Positions 34,066-40,729 of a stretch of 64,000 nt of DNA are shown here, in pieces. The position numbers and the translations under genes were made by a program. Each line of letters begins with the position of its first letter. Position 1 is the first letter of the stretch. Origin of the DNA: an uncultured Candidatus Poseidoniales archaeon (GTDB lineage Archaea; Thermoplasmatota; Poseidoniia; Poseidoniales; Poseidoniaceae); NCBI GenBank assembly GCA_963997415.1, contig CAXEMN010000005.1, forward strand, positions 2,647 to 66,646, in the 5' to 3' direction. The notes beneath the pieces were generated by a model, which was not told where the DNA came from, ran no database searches, and was given only the letters and a program-made list of their open reading frames with translations.

Positions 34066-35855
34066 ACGTCAGCGTTGTAGGCGAGTAAACGGACATAGGT
34101 GCCGTAAATGATGACAGAGATGCCAAGCGATTCAGAGTTGAAGCGGTCCATGGTGTCGAGGTAGGTGTGGTACTCCCAGCTGCCGCTTCCATAGCAGGCT
34201 GCAGCACGCCCCGTCTTGTCACCAAGGTCGTAAACAAAGGGCCCGTGATCGGAGTTGTACGGCATGCCATCAGCATCGCCTCGATCGCCAGCAAGCAGGG
34301 AGATTCGGATGTCATAGCGCTCTGCCATATCGGGGTTGGCAGATTCGTAGAGTTCTGTGATTCGCTCAATATGGCCGTAATCATCGCGATTGTTGGTGAA
34401 TAAAGAGACAGAGTTTCCTCGATTTGCATCAGCATCGACATGGTTCATATCGAGGTTGATGTAGAGGCGAAGATTATCTCTCAAAAAGTTTTGATTGGCT
34501 GCAACATAGGCTCTGCTACCGTAGAGCCCCTCCTCTTCCCCGCCCCAGGTGCAGAAATGAATGGTGCGCTCCGGGGTGCCGGATTGATTGACAACTTCAC
34601 TGAGTTGACGGCCAATTTCCATGACGCTTGCCGTTCCCGAGGAATCGTCAACCGCCCCCTGTCCTTGGTAGACCGTATCGTGGTGTGCACCGATGATGAC
34701 CACTTCTTCGGATTGACCGTTGATGATGCCACATGGCACATAGATGGTTTGTTCCTGATCATTCGTCACATCGATGATCATCTCAAGAACGCCCTGAGTC
34801 CCTGTAGCATTGAACACTGCAGCCTCTAAGATTTCGCCAGCATCTTTGGACATAGCGATGAATGGTATGTCGGTCGGGATTGTTCCTCCGTTTGCAGCAG
34901 TAACATCGTCAATCGAACTTCCTTTGAAAATCGGTACGCAGTCGTTTCCTTCAATCAAACCACAATTGTAGTCCTTGTTGACTCGAATAAGTCCAGCGAG
35001 GTTGTTTTCCGCTGCTTTTGAGAACATCACTGTGTTGCTGATTTTTGAGCCACCGCTCCTCAAGTAGCCAATGGTTCCTGAGGCGGAACTCCACAACCCG
35101 TCGTCACTGCCATTGCCCAAGTCAGTGAGTTGGACATCTTGCTGGAAGGTGTATTCTGATTGACCAGAGAAACCTTGGATCACATAATCCACTCGGTGCT
35201 GGAATTCCGTGATATCCGAACCGCCTGAGCCGGGACCCTCGCATGGCGACTGGATGAGCCCGCCGATATTACCTTGGACACAGATTCTGAGGCTTGGTTC
35301 GCTGTTGACAGTATGCATCGGGACCTCGTAACTGTTGAGTTGAGTTTGCATGCCCATGGCAGCAAATTCAGAGATGATGTATTGGGCAGCGTTCGCTTCT
35401 TCTTGGGTGCCGCTCATCCTGCCTTCCCAATCGGGATGCCCTAAATCAACGAGGTTCTGAGCAAATTTTTGTGTTTGAGCAGCATCAAATTCAATCAATT
35501 CGTACTCGTAATCTTCACCAAAACCAAGCCATGCAGGCTGGACAATGAGCACAGCAGATACCATCATCACGGCCAAGCCAATCGCAATCGCAGCGCCCAT
35601 GTTGATTGGACCGTAGACTTGTTGTTGCATCCTTGCTTTGAAGGTCAGTGGTGCATCATATTCGATTGGGTCGTCTTCGAGAGCCATCGTCGTTTGTTCT
35701 GGATTCATGATGACAGCATCCATGGGATCATGCTTTTCATTTGTAAGAATACGATCGATGAGTTCAGCCTTTCTTCCGCTGACGGCAAGACCTTGTTCTG
35801 AAAGCATGGCCTTGAGTTCAGCGACGGTTTTGGCAGATAAACTCGCTTCGTCCAT
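34062..35855 (-). CDS. Membrane-anchored M28 aminopeptidase with a PA domain and a cytoplasmic N-terminal SAP/HeH motif
   Basis: LSAKTVAELKAMLSEQGLAVSGRKAELIDRIL (SAP/HeH); TM helix INMGAAIAIGLAVMMVSAVLIV; M28 metal-ligand motifs GAHHDTV, GAVDDSSGTA, WGGEEEGLYGS and SDHGPF. ATG 35855 was chosen because ATG 35987 overlaps ubiX by 86 nt. Confidence 0.85.
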   Translation of the reverse strand: MDEASLSAKTVAELKAMLSEQGLAVSGRKAELIDRILTNEKHDPMDAVIMNPEQTTMALEDDPIEYDAPLTFKARMQQQVYGPINMGAAIAIGLAVMMVSAVLIVQPAWLGFGEDYEYELIEFDAAQTQKFAQNLVDLGHPDWEGRMSGTQEEANAAQYIISEFAAMGMQTQLNSYEVPMHTVNSEPSLRICVQGNIGGLIQSPCEGPGSGGSDITEFQHRVDYVIQGFSGQSEYTFQQDVQLTDLGNGSDDGLWSSASGTIGYLRSGGSKISNTVMFSKAAENNLAGLIRVNKDYNCGLIEGNDCVPIFKGSSIDDVTAANGGTIPTDIPFIAMSKDAGEILEAAVFNATGTQGVLEMIIDVTNDQEQTIYVPCGIINGQSEEVVIIGAHHDTVYQGQGAVDDSSGTASVMEIGRQLSEVVNQSGTPERTIHFCTWGGEEEGLYGSRAYVAANQNFLRDNLRLYINLDMNHVDADANRGNSVSLFTNNRDDYGHIERITELYESANPDMAERYDIRISLLAGDRGDADGMPYNSDHGPFVYDLGDKTGRAAACYGSGSWEYHTYLDTMDRFNSESLGISVIIYGTYVRLLAYNADV

Positions 35856-35901
35856 GCTCAAGGCATAGTGGCGCTCATTGAAGAACTCGGCGGTTCTTTG
35901 T

Positions 35902-36474
35902 TCAGGGGAGTTCTTCACCAGTCCAACGGGTGCCCACGTCATGGTCCAGTCCAATGTGATCGAGTATTCGAGCGACCACAAAATCAACCATGTCGTCGAT
36001 GGATTTGGGATGGTTGTAGAAGCCAGGGGAAGCAGGGATCACGATGGCGCCCCATTGGGACAACTTGTGCATGTTTTCCAAATGGATGGTTGCGTATGGC
36101 GCTTCGCGTGGAACAAGGATGAGCTTCCTGCGTTCCTTGAGAGCAACGATGGCGGACCTTGTGACGAGGTTGTCACCAATGCCAGCACCAAGTTTGCCAA
36201 GGGTTGTTCCAGAGCAAGGGCAGAGGACGACTGCGTCGATGTTCGCAGAACCAGAGGCCGATTTAGCACCGATGTTTCCATCGTCTTCAAGCAGAGCACC
36301 GGTGGCTTCAGCCAGCGCTTCCTTTGTTGTATTGCATTCATGCTTGAGTGTGATTTCTCCTGCGTTGGTGACCACGAGGCGAACAGGAATGTCCCGGGAG
36401 GTGAGGATCTCAACGAGGCGTTTTCCATAGATGGCACCAGATGCGCCAGAAATGCCAACGACGATTTCGCCCAT
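35902..36474 (-). CDS. ubiX: Flavin prenyltransferase UbiX
   Basis: IVVGISGASGAIYG, VLCPCSGTTLGKLGAGI and LILVPREAP motifs, 190 aa. Confidence 0.93.
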   Translation of the reverse strand: MGEIVVGISGASGAIYGKRLVEILTSRDIPVRLVVTNAGEITLKHECNTTKEALAEATGALLEDDGNIGAKSASGSANIDAVVLCPCSGTTLGKLGAGIGDNLVTRSAIVALKERRKLILVPREAPYATIHLENMHKLSQWGAIVIPASPGFYNHPKSIDDMVDFVVARILDHIGLDHDVGTRWTGEELP

Positions 36475-36545
36475 GCACCGATGTCAGGGTTCTGCCTTTT
36501 AGGCACTTGTTTCTAAATCCAGCCACTTGAGCAGGCATTATTTCT

Positions 36546-37193
36546 CTATAGATGGGGTTCTACAGGGCTTCTTTGAAGGCTATCTTCCATGGTTGTAAGG
36601 AGTGAAGAAACCATCGCATCATTCGAAACGTCATGGCCAAGGACAGAAAGCGATGTTGTTGTCGCTTGCTCAAGGCCACAACCGGCAATCCCTTCGACTC
36701 GGCCTTCAGGTGTGTTGAGGTTCACGGTGAAGCCATGCCTCGATGTCCATCTCAAAAAGGAAAGTCCAATGCTACAGATCTTCCTTCCATCGACCCATAC
36801 GCCTTGCATTCGTTGATCTCGGGTTCCATGAATTCCAATCTTTTCTAAGGCACGAATGACCCATGCTTCGATTTTTTCGATGACGAGGGCTACCGATTTT
36901 TCATCGTTGAAATCCCACTTGAAGATGGGATAGGCTACAATTTGCCCCGGTCCATGCCAGGTAAGTCCACCACCACGGTCTACGGCTTGGGATGCGTACC
37001 CCTCAGGTGGAGCTATGCCATCGTTTCGGGCTCTTGGACCAACAGTAACAATTTCAGGATGATCTAAAATGAGCAATGTATCAGGTATTTCATCGTTGAT
37101 TCGCTTGCTTTGCAAGGCTTTCATCAATTCCATCGCTTCGAGGTAGGGAATGGTCCCGAGGTGTGAAACCTCGACATACCTCGGTTGGACCAT
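36546..37193 (-). CDS. lipB: Octanoyltransferase (lipoyl(octanoyl) transferase)
   Basis: LLILDHPEIVTVG, DRGGGLTWHGPGQIVAYPI and GRKICSIGL (catalytic Cys context). Confidence 0.92.
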   Translation of the reverse strand: MVQPRYVEVSHLGTIPYLEAMELMKALQSKRINDEIPDTLLILDHPEIVTVGPRARNDGIAPPEGYASQAVDRGGGLTWHGPGQIVAYPIFKWDFNDEKSVALVIEKIEAWVIRALEKIGIHGTRDQRMQGVWVDGRKICSIGLSFLRWTSRHGFTVNLNTPEGRVEGIAGCGLEQATTTSLSVLGHDVSNDAMVSSLLTTMEDSLQRSPVEPHL

Positions 37194-37273
37194 GCTCTTG
37201 CCAAGTGGTTCGACTCAATGAACTTTTGATGGATTCATTCTTTCCATGCGTTCTCAAATGTTGAGTGACGCCT

Positions 37274-38491
37274 TCACGAGTCGTCCTTGTGGGCGTCTTT
37301 TTGACCTTGAACGTCAGCTTTGCGTATTTCTGCAAGTTGCCTCAACGCCTCCATCTGAACTTGTGGGTCGTCTGAAGATGCTGCAATATTCTCAAGAACT
37401 GCTATGGTGGATTGCGATGCCTTGCTGTGTTGATCGAGACGATCTTGTTCTTGTTCTCGTTGAAGTTGCATTCGCTCTTTCTTTCGAGCTTGAACTTGTT
37501 CAAACATATCCATCGCCGTCTTTGTCTTGTGGTCGTGGGCTTCAAGTTCCACGTTTTGACGGATGCGTTGTTGCTCTGCTTCAAGTTTGGAGACTTCAAG
37601 GTCAGTTTGGGCGTCTTTGATCTGTTCATCCCGTTGAGTTTGTGATTCAGCCAAGCGAATTTGGTTCTGACTCTTCCACTGCTCGAAGGACAATGTTGCA
37701 TCATTTTGCATTCGTTGAAGTTCAAGTTCAAGATTTGCTTTTTCAGTTGCATTGATGCCGACGAGAGCCATTCGTGCCTGAATTTCATGCTTTTTTTGTT
37801 CGTAGTCAAGCATGGCTTCCATTTCGATTTCTTGCCGTTCTGAGACGCTTTGCTTTTCCAATCTCAATCGATCCATGGCTTGCTGTTGTTGGAGTTGTTG
37901 CTCAGCAACAGTCGCACTCCAAGTGATGTGTGCTCCTCGGAAGTGGAGTCCATGCGCATCCAATGTTCCCTTCAATGCGGATTTGAGATGGAAGACCAAG
38001 TCCTCATGGGTTGTTACGCTCTTCATTTGTGGCGCAGGCATTGCTTTGACAAAGGTCATGACAGCGGTTTGAACCTCAGAACGAATCGTCTCTGCAATGT
38101 GGCCACCTGTGAGCATAAGCGTACCTTTTGCCGGGAACGTGACGAGTCGAGGTGCAGATTCACGAGTGATTTCGACCTTGAGGGTGACAAGGCAGTTGAT
38201 TTCCTCTCCCGCGTCTGATTGTCCACGAACCTGTACCATGGCTTGGTGTGGGCCAGTAAAACAGAACATGAAGGCACGATTTGGGTTTTTCTTTCCAATG
38301 AATTTGCTGAACAAACCAAGTTGAGGATTGACTTCCATGTGCTGTTGGGAGACAGAACCTACGACCTTACCATTTTCAAGAACCACGCAGATCTCATTTG
38401 GTTTGAGGGTGACTTCTGCTTGTTCAGGAATGTTACTGTCAAGGAGGTATTGCGCTACGACTGTTGGGTGTTCTCGCCATCTAAATTTCAT
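37274..38491 (-). CDS. SPFH-like (Band_7_1 / flotillin-like) protein with a ~200-aa Gln/Glu-rich coiled-coil tail
   Basis: The N-terminal ~200 aa (LKPNEICVVLENGKVVGSVS...AFMFCFTGPHQAMVQVRG...LVTLKVEI) resemble the PF13421-type SPFH fold. The remainder shows a heptad-like pattern rich in Q, E, R and L. ATG 38491 lies 4 nt after the upstream stop. Confidence 0.6.
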   Translation of the reverse strand: MKFRWREHPTVVAQYLLDSNIPEQAEVTLKPNEICVVLENGKVVGSVSQQHMEVNPQLGLFSKFIGKKNPNRAFMFCFTGPHQAMVQVRGQSDAGEEINCLVTLKVEITRESAPRLVTFPAKGTLMLTGGHIAETIRSEVQTAVMTFVKAMPAPQMKSVTTHEDLVFHLKSALKGTLDAHGLHFRGAHITWSATVAEQQLQQQQAMDRLRLEKQSVSERQEIEMEAMLDYEQKKHEIQARMALVGINATEKANLELELQRMQNDATLSFEQWKSQNQIRLAESQTQRDEQIKDAQTDLEVSKLEAEQQRIRQNVELEAHDHKTKTAMDMFEQVQARKKERMQLQREQEQDRLDQHSKASQSTIAVLENIAASSDDPQVQMEALRQLAEIRKADVQGQKDAHKDDS

Positions 38492-38495
38492 GGTA

Positions 38496-39029
38496 TCATC
38501 TCGTTGTGAGTCCGTCAATGAACATGTTTCGTTCAAGGAAATGGTTTCTTGCTCTGTTGATCTTTTGTTCAAATTGAGATATGAGTGCCAAACCCTCCTG
38601 TTCAGGGAGGTCGGATAATGCCTCTGCCACCTCGTTTGCTTTGCGTGTGGCCTCGACCAGCGATTGCAAGGACTTGCTGTCGTGGTCGACTAATTTTCGA
38701 ACAGACGACGATTTGAGCTTACCAATTCCTTTGTGTTTCGAAATATGGTTTGCAGAAGTCGAAAATTGTGCTTCACGGTTGAATGATTCAAGAGTTTCAA
38801 TCACTTGAGCGCAGGCCATTCTGGAATTCCGATGTTGGCGTCGGTGTGCATCTTGTTCGAGTTTCTCGGCATGGCGAATGAGCATCTCACATCGTCGCTG
38901 AATCTCCGAACGAACGGCTTCATCAGATTTCATGAACCGGCCTTTTTCATACCCATCGTACACAGTAACAAGGGCTCGCACCGCTTGTATTGCGGTGGCA
39001 ATTGCAGAAGATTCCAGCCCCATTCTCAT
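38496..39029 (-). CDS. Hypothetical all-helical protein (178-223 aa)
   Basis: ORF with no family recognised. The start is ATG 39029 (preceded by GAGG and a TAATATAC element) or ATG 39167, which would overlap dut by 77 nt. Confidence 0.45.
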   Translation of the reverse strand: MRMGLESSAIATAIQAVRALVTVYDGYEKGRFMKSDEAVRSEIQRRCEMLIRHAEKLEQDAHRRQHRNSRMACAQVIETLESFNREAQFSTSANHISKHKGIGKLKSSSVRKLVDHDSKSLQSLVEATRKANEVAEALSDLPEQEGLALISQFEQKINRARNHFLERNMFIDGLTTR

Positions 39030-39090
39030 CGCCTCGTCGTTTGTTACTTTGGCTCGTATATTACACTGTTGAATTGCCTTGTCAATCTCA

Positions 39091-39543
39091 TTAGAACTGA
39101 CCCGTTGAACCAAAGCCGCCTTGACCCCTTGTTGTGGTGCCCAGTGATTCCACCGTTGTTTCAACAATGGTCACCTTTGGCACTGGTGCAAAGAGAAGTT
39201 GTGCCACCCGTTCGCCCTTGGCGACAACAAAGGCATCACCTTCACCAATCCAAGTCGCTAAGACCATCAGTTCACCTCGGTAATCAGAATCAATTGTACC
39301 TAAGCCATTGGGCATGATCATCCCTTTTTTGCCCAACGAAGAACGGCAGCGGATCTGGCCTTCCCAGCCTGAAGGGATCGCAGTTGCAAGACCAGTGCGA
39401 ATAAGCGAACTTTTGTGCCTTACCACGGTTGTTTCCTCCAGTGCGTAGAGGTCCCAGCCAGCTGCATCTGCTGAGCCTTGTGTTGGCAGGCGAGCATCTG
39501 GATGCAATTTGGCGAAGTCGACGGAAAGTTCAATTCGACTCAT
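39091..39543 (-). CDS. dut: dUTP diphosphatase (trimeric dUTPase)
   Basis: AAGWDLYA, RSSLGKKG, GTIDSDYRGEL and a C-terminal RGQGGFGSTG (motif V). Confidence 0.93.
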   Translation of the reverse strand: MSRIELSVDFAKLHPDARLPTQGSADAAGWDLYALEETTVVRHKSSLIRTGLATAIPSGWEGQIRCRSSLGKKGMIMPNGLGTIDSDYRGELMVLATWIGEGDAFVVAKGERVAQLLFAPVPKVTIVETTVESLGTTTRGQGGFGSTGQF

Positions 39544-39634
39544 GCCCGACCCTTTTGAGGACAGCACTTGACCGTTGTGGGTCCTTGTGAGCAGGAATCT
39601 TGTAGGTCATGATTTTCTACCTTGTGCAGCACCA

Positions 39635-39901
39635 ATGGCCATGGCAGGAGAGGACGTGACAGATTCTGGTTTCGTCCAGCGTATGCTTCAGCATCCTCTT
39701 CTTCGTTCGTTCATGTTGTTTGCGATTTTCCGAGCCTTCTACGGTGCTGGCATCCTGGTCGTAACCTGGTTTCTTGCAAGTGAAACGGAAGCCCCAATAT
39801 GGGTTTCAGTGTTGTTTTTACTCGGGTCCATGGTGTTCTCACGCCTGTTGTTCCGTGGCCTCAAGCGACTTGGTTCCAATTCAGAAACGAGCTCGGATTA
39901 G
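39635..39901 (+). CDS. Small hypothetical 2-TM membrane protein
   Basis: Short ORF with the helices SFMLFAIFRAFYGAGILVVTWFL and IWVSVLFLLGSMVF. Coding status is uncertain. Confidence 0.35.
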   Translation: MAMAGEDVTDSGFVQRMLQHPLLRSFMLFAIFRAFYGAGILVVTWFLASETEAPIWVSVLFLLGSMVFSRLLFRGLKRLGSNSETSSD

Positions 39902-40668
39902 ATGCTTGGATTCAAGATTAAATCTACGATCTGTCGTCGTGAAACACCAATGAATTCACCCGGTTGTAGATTGTAGTCTCCTAGATTCATCGATTCAGTT
40001 GAATGGCGATGCAGGGTGGTGACTGGGTTGTCCAAAGCACCAAACATCCTTCGGATTTGCCTTTTCTTACCCTCACCAATGGTGAGAAGAACACTGCGGT
40101 TGCTTGTTCGCTCAACCTCTCCGGGTTTTGTCCAATACGCTGCGCTTGCTTCGCCGTCATCAACAACAATACGGACCCCCTTTCGAATCGCATCCAAATG
40201 ATCCTCGGTGATGTCATGTGTTGTGTGAACCTCGTATGTTTTCCGTACAGTATGCTCTGGAGAAGTGATTCGATGAACGATTTTTCCATCTGTGGTGACA
40301 AGCAAGAAACCCGTGGTGTTTTCGTCAAGACGTCCTACGGTGACCAATCGCTCAAAGGTTGTGGGTTCCACATGCTCTCTAAAGACTTCATACACTGATT
40401 CTTTTCCGAGGGACCGTTCATGTGAATTCAACCTTGAGCAAATGCATCCGAGGGGTTTGTGCAAGAGGAAATGGACTTCTTCATCATGAAGTTCAAGCAC
40501 TTTTCCCTTGTATGTCACTTGCTTCGTATTGACATTAAATTGGAAGGTCATGTTCTTGACCACTGAACCATTGACAGAAATATCACCGTCCCAAATGGCT
40601 TGTTTGACTTCAGCCTTTGAGGAAAAGACACCCGTCTTTGAAAGAAATTGGTGCAACCTGAGTTTCAT
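39898..40668 (-). CDS. RsuA/RluB-family pseudouridine synthase with an N-terminal S4 domain
   Basis: MKLRLHQFLSKTGVFSSKAEVKQAI (S4) and VGRLDENTTGFLLVTTDG (catalytic Asp motif). GAGGGG lies 4 nt upstream of ATG 40668. An alternative start is ATG 40710. Confidence 0.88.
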   Translation of the reverse strand: MKLRLHQFLSKTGVFSSKAEVKQAIWDGDISVNGSVVKNMTFQFNVNTKQVTYKGKVLELHDEEVHFLLHKPLGCICSRLNSHERSLGKESVYEVFREHVEPTTFERLVTVGRLDENTTGFLLVTTDGKIVHRITSPEHTVRKTYEVHTTHDITEDHLDAIRKGVRIVVDDGEASAAYWTKPGEVERTSNRSVLLTIGEGKKRQIRRMFGALDNPVTTLHRHSTESMNLGDYNLQPGEFIGVSRRQIVDLILNPSI

Positions 40669-40729
40669 AGTTCCCCTCGTGAGATGCTGTGAAGTGGCCT
40701 TCTTAGCCATTCGGGAGGCGTGGTTGCCA

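Noticed and set aside
35878-36516. 212-aa plus-strand ORF
   Set aside because: It lies exactly antisense to the minus-strand ORF, which carries unmistakable UbiX motifs. Its composition (Cys/Arg/Ser-rich, no motifs) is typical of a shadow ORF.
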